From positions 37,250 through 101,249 of the forward strand of contig NIVC01002750.1 of the NCBI GenBank assembly GCA_002269645.1: a stretch of DNA of 64,000 nt, written 5' to 3'. The DNA comes from Macrostomum lignano (Eukaryota). How positions within the stretch are numbered: position 1 is the first letter of the stretch; every line of letters begins with the position of its first letter. The notes beneath the pieces are model-generated. The model saw only the letters and a list, made by a program, of their open reading frames with translations. It did no database searches and was not told the DNA's origin. The position numbers and the translations under genes are program-made. Below are positions 42,301 to 53,075 of this stretch, piece by piece.

Positions 42301-45300
42301 GTCGAACAGAACGTTCACTGTCAGTTGCCGTTTCACTTCTCCAGTAGCATACAGCTCCGTAAGCTTTCTCGGATGCGTCAACGAACACGTGCAGACTACC
42401 CGACAGGGAATTTTCTCCTTCAAGCGCCCTGGAAATCCGAATCTCGCTTAATTGCTTCAGGTCAATACACCAGGCGCTCACTCTCGCACTAAGTTCTGCA
42501 TTCAGCGGTTCATCCCAATCAATACCTGTCTGCCAAAGCTCCTGCATCAGAATCTTCGCCTGCACGACAAATGGAGAGATCAGTCCAAGTGGATCAAAGA
42601 CGCTCGCTAGCTTCTTCAGCAGACCTCTTTTTGTGGTCACCTGACGCGACTCGTTTTCATCTTTAAAGGTAAATTCGTCCTGCTCACTCTGCCACGTGAC
42701 ACCCAGTGTCTTGGTGCTTGGTAGTTCTTTGCTGTCCAAGGTAACTTCTGCTGCACGGTCTTCAGGCGGGATTCTATCGAGCACAGCTCTCGAGTTCGAG
42801 ACCCACTTGCGCGCGTGCATGCCGGCGCGCCTCCAGAGCTCACTGAGTTGATCGTACAGCCTGCAGGCGGCTTCCTCGGTGGGCGCAGAGTCCAGGCTGT
42901 CATCCATATAGGTAGAGTGCAGTACTGTCTCGGCCGCCTCTGGAAGCTCACCTTTTAACTTTTCAGCATGGCAGCGGGTAACGAACTGTGCCAAGAAAGG
43001 AGAGCTGGTGACGCCGAACACCACTCTGTTGAACTCGTAGACATCCGGTTGCTTTGAAGGATCGGCGTCCCGCCAAGGGAAACTGTGCAGCGGCCTGTCC
43101 TTCGGATCCATCTCGATCTGGAGATACATTTCCGCTACATCGCATGCGATCGCAATCGGGTGTCGGCGGAACCGAAGCAGCACGTCAACCAAATCCCTCT
43201 GCAGTTTGGGACCCTGGAGGATCTGCTCGTTCAATCTGGCAGCCGATGCATCAAAGACTATCCGCACTTTTGTTGTAGCCTTGTCTGGCCGCAGCACTGG
43301 GAAGTGAGGCAGGAAACAGCGGTCTTCAGTCTCAGCTTGCGACACTTTTCGGATATAACCTTGCTGTTCATACTTTTCAAGGATCTCCTGATACTGCTTG
43401 CAGACGTGCACATCCTTAATCAGCCGCTGTTCGGTGTTCTTTAGTCGCTTCAAGGCCATTGAGAAAGTGCCTGCTGGAGCCAGCCGATCCTTTTTCCATG
43501 GAATCCCGATCTGGTAACGGCCCTTCATGTACTTCAGCGACGACTTGGCTTGCTGGACGGCTCTCTCTTCATCGGCGGTCAGCGGACTTCGATTGGCACC
43601 TTCTGAGACGTTCTCGATCTCCCAAAACTGCCGCAGGATCTTAGCCACCTGACCAGATTCGGAATCGCAGCTGAAGAAAGTGGCAGCGAAATGGGCGTTC
43701 TGCATTCAGAATTGTCCTGCTCTGTGCGACCGATGCACGTCCAACCCAGGGGAGTCAGGCGCGCCTTTGGCTCCAGCGGCTGTCCGACGATTTCCTTGAG
43801 GGACACGTGAAGATCCGGGTGATCAGCACCAATCAGCAAGTCCACTACTGCAGGCTCACACAGCTTCGGAAACGGCACATTTCTCAGATGAGGCCACTGC
43901 TGCGCTTCTTCGTGCCAGTCGACGCCTTTGAGGGACCCGGTCACGTGATCAGCGGTGAAGGCGACGATCATTAAGCTGGTCTGACCATCCAGACTTTCCA
44001 AGCTAAAGCAGACTGGGGCTGTCATGAAGATCTCTGTTTGGCCATTGATGACTCCGACTTTCACCTTTTCGAGCGCTCCATGCACTCCAAGCGCCTCTGC
44101 TATCCCGATGTTGATGTAGCTCTTGGTACTGGCATCGTCGAGCAAGGCGTTCACCTTCAGCTTCCGGGACCCGTTCCGTAGGACTACAGGCACCGTTCGT
44201 AACGAGATTGCCATTTCACCAGCTGACAGAAGCGTCACCGGTCCAGTCTTTCCTGAACTGGAAGCGGATTTAGCGTCCTTGGATGCAGTCTGCTTCGCTT
44301 CACCAGACTTGGCCAACACTTTTTCTGCATGAAGCAGGCGATGATGGAACTTTGTGCAGCTTTCGAGCTCTGCGCCGCGTCCCAGCGTTTTTCCACCGGA
44401 AGCTCCTTGAACTCACTGCAGGACCACAGCTCGTGATCACCTTGACAAACAATGCAAATCTTTCGCTGTACCTTCTTGTCACTGTCCGTAGTAACGAAAG
44501 TCTTTGGTCGCTGCTCTCGCTTTTGACGCTCCTGCTGCACGGTGGCAACGCCCTGCACAATCTCTGACGCTTCAGTCTGAAACTCTGCTTCTTGCAGCAC
44601 CCAAATTCTCAGATTTCTAACACTCTGCGGCTTCCGCTGCTTAAAGATCCACCTCCGGAAGCTGGTAACCATCTGCTCAGCAACTTTTTCTGCAGCCTCA
44701 CATACAACATCCCATCTTGAAGCTCTGCCTCTTTACCCGCACCCTCAAGGTTAACGACAGCCACATCCAGTAGATTAGCAAAGCTTTTGAGATCCTTGGC
44801 GTTTCCATTTCGCACGATCGGGAAGCTGTCCAGCTCTTCCAAGTGCAGAGCAAGTTGCCTACACTGTCCACCAAATTCTCTCTCTAGTCTCTCTTTTGCA
44901 GCCTCATATGCAGCAGCGGAGTGTCCTAGATGTTCTTTAACCTTCAAAGCTTCACCGCTGAGGTACTGCTTAAGCTGCAGCAACTTGAATTCTGGTGTTG
45001 CAGGGCGCTGTCGATGCACGCAACAAAGGCTGCCTTCCAGTTTTCATACTTCTGCTTTTCTCCACTAAACGTTGGGATTTCAACACGCTTCAGCATCTTC
45101 CACAAATCCTTTGAAAGCTCCTTCGCGTTGGATCCTTTGCTGGACGCAGCACTGCCAGAAAGTTTGTCTAACTCACCAGCTGCTTCTTCTTGGTCACCCG
45201 CAGCGTTCTCACCGCTTGAACTCGCGGCAGGAGGGGCTTCTTGGGCGCGCTGCAATCCCCGGTTTCTGGAACTTTCGACGCGCTGAATGGCAGCTTGGTA

Positions 45301-45973
45301 GTCACGCTCAGTCTCCTCCATCTCTTCTAGTAGGCGCTGTCGCCTCTCGTTGTCCTTGGCGTCGGCGTAGCTTGATGCAGTTCTTCCTGGATGGCGCTGA
45401 CCAGGTCCTGCAGGTCGGATAGAGCGTCGCAGGCAGCTTGCACTTCGTCATCAGAGGCGCGCGTCTTTAGCAGCCAAGACAGCTTGTTTTTGCAACGAGT
45501 GAACACTGATTTTTTCCGGGATTTCTCGAAGCGCAGCTTCTCTAAACGCAGCGCGCCGGCATCGTCTTGGGCTTCCTGCTGTTGTTCATTGGCGTCGTCA
45601 CTGTCCATCTTGGTCCTTCGTTTCACAGTAGGATTCTATTGCTTGCCACGTCAGTGGTAAGTTAGGCTTGTCCAACCACGCTCTGCTACCAAAATGTACT
45701 GTAGAAATGAAGAGACCGATGGTCCGCCAAACTATTTTGGAGCTGAGGCTCAAGCGAGACGCTAACAAAACGAAAAACGTAAACAGTACACAGGGCTCGC
45801 AAGCCCTCTCGATGCTATATTTATTTGCAAGTCAGCCAGAATATCAGTCAGCGGTGGGGGGTGGGTGAAATGGGCCTGAACTAGACCCGCGTACATAGCG
45901 AACTGAATAAAGCAGTACATTAAATCATGCGATGGAAAGAAAATCAATAAGTTAATAATCTACCTCCCAAACA
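39304..45973 (-). mobile_element. BEL/Pao LTR retrotransposon, full length but frameshifted
   Basis: LTRs 39304-39580 and 45695-45973 (TG...CA, few differences); TSD CTTTC/ATTTC; PBS TGGTAGCAGAGC (tRNA-iMet-like) at ~45680-45692; PPT GGTGGGGGTA; gag (IPTFSGEKQKYENWK, LKQYLSGEAL, CIVC..H..WSC), protease ALLDDAS, RT YMDD, RNase H FVDASEKAYGA/PRLEL/WSDS, integrase HHCC plus DFAG...TCLATRAVHLE...S(E)NGTNF...GGVHE. Confidence 0.95.
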
Positions 45974-46138
45974 ATTTCTAAACGTGTGCCGGGCGCGTCT
46001 GGACAGACATTACAAGATAATAAAAGTCAGGTGAACGTCATTTACCGTGCGTTCACCTACCACAACTTTTGTTAGACTTTCACCCCTTCTCTTTCATCCA
46101 CTTATTTTTTTCTAGGCCTGCTTTAGCCTATCAGAACT

Positions 46139-46182
46139 CATCGCCTGACGATGCCACATGTGTGGCGAAACATGTCGCTAAG
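46139..46182 (+). ncRNA. Minimal hammerhead ribozyme motif, copy B
   Basis: CTGACGATGCCACATGTGTGGCGAAACATGTC, same fold as copy A. Confidence 0.6.
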
Positions 46183-46844
46183 CTAAAATAATCAAGATGA
46201 TTCATAATCATTTTGTAAGATAACGCCTCAAATGATAACGTTGTTATTATTACGAGCGTATTAGGCGTAGCAACCTACCAAAGCTATTTAAATTACAGAA
46301 AGAAACAGAGCAGAAAATGGCACAAAATTGCGCAAATGTTCGGGTGCAGTACGCTCGTTAAAACAGAAAAAAGATTATATGTGCTTGACTACTATGGTAA
46401 GTAGAATATGATATAAATATGATCAGAGAGTCAGGCGCGTATGCAAGTATGATGGTGCGAATATTAGGGCCCTCCAAGCCAATGAAGGCAATTGCCAAGA
46501 TTGGAGGAAGAAAGGGAGGCGGTGTGAAGGAAATGAAGTGATATGATTCGGTATTTACAGGGCTACATTATTCTTCTCCTAAAACAGTGCAAGGTAGCCG
46601 TGCTAACCAAAAAATAATGTAGCACTACGAGTATACGGCGTCCAAGGTCCAAAAAGTTTATAATTACAATATTTAGCCAAATAATTAATTTCGCTTTTGT
46701 CAAAAAACAAAACTCCGGGAACTGTTTTCACTGGTTCTTATTCTGCACATGATGAAGCGTCGGCACATTCACCCTGCAGTGGAAACCTTTCTAAACGTGT
46801 GCCGCAGACAATTTGGCACGCAGGCACAATCGGCGTCTTCACTG

Positions 46845-48713
46845 CTAATACTGCAGTTGTTGTTCCCGTGTATTATTAGGCTTGCAATTCGAGCAGAGTC
46901 GAGACAGGGTGCGCCGCATTATCACCGATGGGCGATGCTTCTTGAAGGCTTTAAAGAACCGACTTCGAACCAGCTCTATCTGACTTGGCCAATAAAAGTT
47001 TAAAATGGTCTGACGAAATTCGAAATTCTTCTGCAGCAAGTCGATCTGTTGGGTCAGTAGAGCTACGCCAAAGTTTAACACAAAGACTGCTACTAGAAGA
47101 AACGTGCCCACTAGAGGCAGCAACGAGATGTAGTCGCTCACGCCAGGAAAGCTGGCGAGGCTGAATGCGCAGCGAAACGTACGACCAATGTACTCCACGA
47201 CGCAAGCCCACGAGTAAAACGAGCATTCGATGAAAGGTTGGCTAAAAATCATTGTAACGCAAACCATTGACACCGGGAGCATTACGATAATCGTTACCTT
47301 TATTGTTGCGCTCATGCAGAAGGCAAGCTTGAAAAACACCTGATGAAATGAACTCATTTCGCACATGAAGAAGTACAGCATGAGAAACGAAAACAAGATG
47401 TTGCACACAATGATGGTCTGCAGACGAGTTGGATCCACAATCAGACGACCGTCGAGTTCAAAGTAGCTCGCAGGATCGTTAAAAAAGCTCTGCTCCAAGG
47501 CAATTGACAAAATCTGTTGGAAAATGAATACAATAAAGAATAGTTCTGTTAACCTTACTCCTCTCATTGCCAGAGTATCTTTGCACAATTGCAGTCCAGT
47601 GTGACGCTTGCGCACCAACTTAAGTTGGCTTCGATAATCCATCAATCTAGTAACTATCCAAGACGACAGAAACAGTATGAATACTACCTGGAGACTGATG
47701 CGCAGGTACAAGACGGGCCTGAACCCGGATACGACAGAAGCTGGAATGAGCTGAAGATAAGACTGATTGGAATTGTCTGTACCAGCAAGGAACACCTGCA
47801 CATTGGAGTCGAACGTGTCCCTCGTGAATATCCGAACCATAAGTGTCAACAGCTCTGTCGAGTACAGAAACAAATAATAGAACAGTGACACAAACGACAT
47901 TGCTTGACTCTTTTTCAGGTGCAAAATGCTGGTGAAGTAGGCCTGTGTTGCCGGACTATTGTAAAAGCAAACATAGCCACTAGGAATGTTCTCACTCAGA
48001 ATGACTTGTCCGAGCCTGGTCAGATGCTGGAACGGAGATTTTAGGAATCGGTCTCCGCCGTCGCTGCAGTAGCAGGAGAGGTCGAACTCCTGGATAGTCA
48101 GGCTCGGATCCGTTGGATGCCTCCGTTCTTTGAGTAGGTAGCCGGGAGCGTTGGCGAACGCAGCGGCCAGATGAAAGCAGTCTCTGGCAGCAGCGTACTC
48201 AAGCGCTGTCAAGCATTCGTCTGTCATTTCTACAGTGAGCAGTCGAGCACACGAGTCTCCATGCTGACGAGAGAGGCGGACAAAGAATCTGGCCAGCTGC
48301 ATCTCGTCAGTGGAACAGCCCAGACTGGAGCAGCAGAAGTCAACCAGTTGGAACAAGGCGCATCTAGCGGTGTCCCACAAGTCGAGACTGACGATGAGGT
48401 CGATTGTCTCGCTGACCAACTTGTCGTCTCTCGATAGCAGAATGAGACCAAATGGCGACATCTTGAAGTGTTCGTCATCGAGCTCACCGTCCGGAACTGC
48501 ATCATCGTCGCGGCGGTCGCTGTCGCAGCAGAACCGACAGTCGTTGTGCCGAAGGCGAAGCAACTCGACAGGTCGACGCTTCAAAGCGGCCAGGAACTGG
48601 TCGAAACTGCTGTCGCACAGCAGCTCCATGGTCTCAAAGTCCGCATCGGTGACCAGCTCATCCACTGTATCGTGCATGCTCAAAACTTGTGTAGTCTTCG
48701 TTAAGCTTTGCAT
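46845..48713 (-). CDS. Divergent TRPV/TRPA-like cation channel, copy 2 (622 aa, intronless ORF)
   Basis: Degenerate ankyrin-like segments (TALEYAAARDCFHL; SPFGLILL), pre-S1 QEFDL...SPFQ...FYNSPA, six hydrophobic segments, pore helix YIGRTFRCAFSLASF, S6 VAVFVLNFGVALL (compare LLNMLIAMM), TRP-domain-like FEFRQTILNFYW. Family assignment is by motif topology only. Confidence 0.7.
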   Translation of the reverse strand: MQSLTKTTQVLSMHDTVDELVTDADFETMELLCDSSFDQFLAALKRRPVELLRLRHNDCRFCCDSDRRDDDAVPDGELDDEHFKMSPFGLILLSRDDKLVSETIDLIVSLDLWDTARCALFQLVDFCCSSLGCSTDEMQLARFFVRLSRQHGDSCARLLTVEMTDECLTALEYAAARDCFHLAAAFANAPGYLLKERRHPTDPSLTIQEFDLSCYCSDGGDRFLKSPFQHLTRLGQVILSENIPSGYVCFYNSPATQAYFTSILHLKKSQAMSFVSLFYYLFLYSTELLTLMVRIFTRDTFDSNVQVFLAGTDNSNQSYLQLIPASVVSGFRPVLYLRISLQVVFILFLSSWIVTRLMDYRSQLKLVRKRHTGLQLCKDTLAMRGVRLTELFFIVFIFQQILSIALEQSFFNDPASYFELDGRLIVDPTRLQTIIVCNILFSFLMLYFFMCEMSSFHQVFFKLAFCMSATIKVTIIVMLPVSMVCVTMIFSQPFIECSFYSWACVVEYIGRTFRCAFSLASFPGVSDYISLLPLVGTFLLVAVFVLNFGVALLTQQIDLLQKNFEFRQTILNFYWPSQIELVRSRFFKAFKKHRPSVIMRRTLSRLCSNCKPNNTREQQLQY

Positions 48714-49050
48714 GATAGTGAACTTCGCTACAGTTGCTAGAAAGTCAAACTGACAAAAAAGTTAGCAACTGCGGGCTAACCAAATACTGCTTTATAACCG
48801 GATTGTGTATTGACTTGATTAGTCCTGAGTCCATATTACCTGATCCTTTTTCTGCAGATACTATATTGACTCTCAATCATCTGACTTGATCAAATTTATT
48901 TAGCTTTGTAACGGTCTCCCGCAATCATCTAATTAATTAGTATTTGGAAGCGGCTCGTGGACTCTACCAACGAAATGCCGGTATTCTTCATTACTTAGCT
49001 ATAGCCATCACTACAGTCAATAAAAGCTAGCTTTAACAGTAGGAATGCCA

Positions 49051-49815
49051 TGTGACATTATTGGCGTGGTGGCCTGGAGAGCGAACGAAGACAAATAAAT
49101 GTGGTAGAGGCAGAATTGTAGCGGTAGCACTTGGCAGTAATCGGATCAGCGTTAATACTAACGTAGGATGCAGATTTGGTTTATTGTTACTTCCTTTACT
49201 TTGATTAACAATGCACTGGCGGCTACACAACAATATAATAATTAGCTTAAATATTAGATGTGGCGTGGCTAGGATTGGCAAAGGCGTAGCTAGGAGTGGC
49301 AAAGACGTGGCTAGAACTAGCAGAGACGGCAAGTGACTAAATAAGGCAGTCAGAGCCTACAGGCTACACAGACTCGCAAGGGTGCGAGAGGCTAACGAAG
49401 TCTAACAGGCCCCAGACGGGGTGGCGGCGGAGTTAAAGTCTAAACAGTAGGGCAGACAGGAGCGCCCGGAGCGAGAGGCGGAGCTAAAGGCGGAGCGAGA
49501 GACGAAAGGGACGAGCAAAGGGACGAAAGAAAGTGAAAAGGCCCGAGCGCACGGCCAGACAGAGCTGATAAGGACCGGGCTGGGGGGGTGGCGCGCGAGA
49601 GAAATTAGTATAATTTATGCGGCGTATTTCTATTGGCTAACTGTAAAAAACAGGAACAGAAATTATTGATCGCGCGCTGTACGCAGAGTTTACAATTGTA
49701 CGCAGTTGAATAAAATTCTTAGGGCACTACGTTAAAATACAATACCGGCAATATTAAAGATCGGTACCATGTCAAAACGGGCCTTGGCGGGGCCACTGAA
49801 ACTGACAACGTCACA
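49051..49815. mobile_element. Solo LTR (TGTGAC...GTCACA), 4 bp TSD GCCA
   Basis: Empty site AATGCCAAGCC seen in the homologous flank at ~32949; 4 bp TSD suggests Gypsy type. Confidence 0.9.
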
Positions 49816-49834
49816 GCCAAGCCATTTTCCGCCG

Positions 49835-50602
49835 ATCGAACTACCAAGAGGGGGGAATTCCCCCCCCCCCCTGACAAGTTTTTTGCTGCGCCGGAACGGA
49901 GCAACGCAGGCACACGAAATTCAAGAACACGGGTAAACATTTTGTTGCGCTCCTTCTTAAGCAAGAATCAAGTCGCCAGCCCTCCAGACCGTCGAGATAT
50001 TCGATGATTCTGCCAGGTCGGATTTTTCCCACAAGCGCTAGTGTATTCAGTACACCCCTGTGCGCCAATCAGCCCTGCGCCTCAGTGCCGCCTTGCCAAA
50101 CCTCCAAATTTCATCAACACGTCGACCACATATTTCTGCATCAGCTGTGACTTCGTTGGTCACTGGCCTTCACCCAGGCCGAGCTTCTGGACCTTCAACT
50201 GGTGGCGCAAGGTGACTATGAGCACCCTGATGCGAATTTCTCTAGTTTCGCCGATCAAGCCTCGACAGTGGGCAAGCCTCAATTGCTGAAAATCCTCAGC
50301 TAGTCTCTCGAGCATTCCGTCATCACCCCGACGCCGTCGGCACCTTCAACAGGTGGCACCAGGTGAGTAAGGACACCCGAGTGTGATTTTTCATCATGCT
50401 CTTAACATTTATGGAGCTCTTAAAATTATTTTAAGCACGGGCATTGCTAAAGTTAAGCTTGAACTTATGTTGCTGTATATTTTTAGTATTATTACACATA
50501 CTTTTATACGTACATACATATTTTATTTGACAAGTTGTTTAGTTTTTTCAACCATAATATTAAACCCAATTTTTAGGCAGCAAGGGTTATGCTTTTAAAA
50601 AA
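49835..50602. repeat. Unclassified interspersed repeat X (longest copy)
   Basis: Matches 32975-33395 and the reverse complement of 36330-37088. Confidence 0.8.
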
Positions 50603-53075
50603 TTTAGCGGCTTGCGGAAAAACGTAGTAAGTTGCAAGCGAGAAACGAAAAAGTTTATTAGCTTTACGCGTCAGGTATAAATAAGCACGCGATCACATGG
50701 GGAGGTGCGCCAAAAAGGTGGCACGAACCGCCCCCCCCCCGACTTAGCATATTGAGTGTCTGTCCGAGTACACCCACCCCCGCTTGGCGAGCAGGGGGTT
50801 TCAGTGCAGATGTACACGCAATCGCTGGCTGCGTGCTGATTGGGCCGCCACACAGCTCCCCCAAGCACCGAGCTATGTGTCGAAAATCGTTGAGCGGCAC
50901 CGGCGAGGCTGCTGCCGGCGGCCGAGTGCGGCACAGGCCGCTTAGGCGGTTGGCCTCTCGGTCGTACAATCGGCAGCAAGACCGGCTCTCGCGAGTCGAT
51001 GACAGCCGGCTTCAGCCTGTCGACTGTCACGCGGTCCTGGCGCGTCCCCAGGTCAAGTAGGAAGGTCTTGGCGTCCCGCTCAAGGACCTTAAACGGGCCG
51101 TCATACGGCTTCTGCAGTGGGGTTCGGTAACCGTCGCGCCGGACGAACACGAATGAGCAGGCATCGAGTCCAGCAAGCCAGGCGGCCGGGCGGCAGCCGT
51201 GATGCGCCGTGGGTGTCGGCCGGAACGCCTGGACGGCATTGCGGAGCCGAACGAGAAACTGGTCGTGGCCTTCGGTTGGCGGGCCTGGCTGCAGGCACTC
51301 ACCGGGCACGCAGAGGGGCGCTCCGTAGACCAGCTCAGCCGATGATGCCGGCAGGTCCTCCTTGGCCGTCCTCCGGATGCCGAGCAGCACCCAGGGCAGC
51401 TCGCTAACCCAGGCCGGTCCCGTCAGCCGCGCCCTGAGGGCGGCCTTCAACTGCCGATGGAACCACTTGACCAGCCCGTTCGCCTGCGGATGGAAGGCCG
51501 TAGTCCAGTGCAGCTGCATGCCCAGCAGCCGGGAGACGTTGGACCAGAGCTGCGACGTGAACTGCGAGCCGCGGTCCGAGGTGAGGTCACCCGGCACGCC
51601 AAATCGGGCAACCCAGTGGGCAATGAAGGCGGAGGCACAGGCTGCGGCGGAAGTGTCAGTCATCGGGATCGCCTCCGGCCACCTGGTGAATCGGTCGACG
51701 ATCGTCAGCAGGTGCGTAAACCCTTAAGACGACGGCAGCGGCCCCAGCAAGTCGACATGCACGTGGGCGAAGCGCTGGTCTGGGACGCGAATGCTCTCCA
51801 CCGGGGCGGTGACGTGCCGATGCACCTTGGCCGTCTGGCAGGCTACGCAAGCGCGCGCCCACCGGCTGACGTCCCGGTTCATGCCAACCCACACGAACTT
51901 GGCGGCCACGAGGCGCCGCGTGCTGCGGACCGACGGGTGGGCGAGGCCGTGGATGGCGTCGAAGACGGCACGGCGAAAATCAGGCGACACCAGAGGGCGC
52001 GGTCGGCTCGTGGAGATGTCGCACAGCAGGACGACGCCAGAGCTGAGCTGCAGCGGCTCGAGCTGAAGGCTAGCATCCTCTTGGGCAGCCGAGTCGGCTG
52101 TCTGCCTGTCTGCGCCTGCGCCATGGCCGCGAAATCCACACCGGGGAGAAGCCGGTGCTGCACCGAGGCAATCGTGCAGCGGGACAGCGCGTCCGGCACC
52201 GGGTCGTCCTTGCCCGCCACCGACATCAGTGGTGAACTCAGACACGTAGGCCAGGCGCCGCTGCTGCCGGGCGGACCACGGGTCGGACATCTTGGACATG
52301 GCCGCGACCAGCGGCTTGTTGTCCGTGAAGGCGGTGAAGGCCCAGCCCTCGAGCACGTAGCGGAAATGCCGTACCGCCAGGTACAGGGCGAGCAGCTCGC
52401 GGTCGAACGCGCTGTACTTCTGCTCGGGCGGGCGGAGCTGCCGGCTGAAGAAGGCAAGCGGCTGCCACGCGCCGCCCACTCGCTGCTCAAGCGCTGCGCC
52501 GACGGCGGTGTTCGAGGCGTCGACAGTGAGGGCGATGGGCGCGTCCGCCCGCGGGTGCGCCAACAGTGCGGCGGAAGCCAGCGCCCGCTTGGCTCCTTCG
52601 AAGGCGGCAGTCAGCTCGAAAGCCTCTAAAATGTCGAGAAGGCGTTCAGCCGTTTGCTGGTCGAGCGCTGCCACCAAGTAGTTGTACTTGGTCGCATCTT
52701 GCATGATTCCGCGCAGAGGAATGGACCACGCGCGAGGTTGAGCTGCCCAAAACATAGGCAGTTTGAGAGAGACAGCTGCCTCTGTGTTGGAAGCCATTGT
52801 ACGAAATGGCTATGTCGGGCTCACCAATTTAGCGGCTTGCGGAAAAACGAAGTAAGTTTCAAGTGAGAAACGAAAAAGTTTATTAGCTTTACGCGTCAGG
52901 TATAAATAAGCACGCGATCACATGGGGAGGTGCGCCAAAAAGGTGGCACGAACCGCCCCCCCCCGACTTAGCATATTGAGTGTCTGTCCGAGTACACCCA
53001 CCCCAGCTTGGCGGACAGGGGTTTCAGTGCAGATGTACACGCAATCGCTGGCTGCGTGCTGATTGGGCCGCCGCA
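50603..53075 (-). mobile_element. Ty3/Gypsy CsRn1-like LTR element with internal deletion (no protease or RT)
   Basis: LTRs 50603-50852 and 52828-53075; PBS TGGTGAGCCCGAC (tRNA-Trp-like); gag start VSLKLPMFWAAQPRAW...TKYNYLV fused in frame to RNase H (LTVDASNTAVGAALEQ...FDRELLA...FTDNKPL), integrase zinc finger and core (HVDLLGPL, DRFTRWPEA, TSDRGSQF, HPQANGLV); frameshift ~51725. Confidence 0.92.

Noticed and set aside
51457-52629. 390 aa plus-strand ORF
   Set aside because: Antisense shadow of the GC-rich Gypsy pol frame; no motifs.
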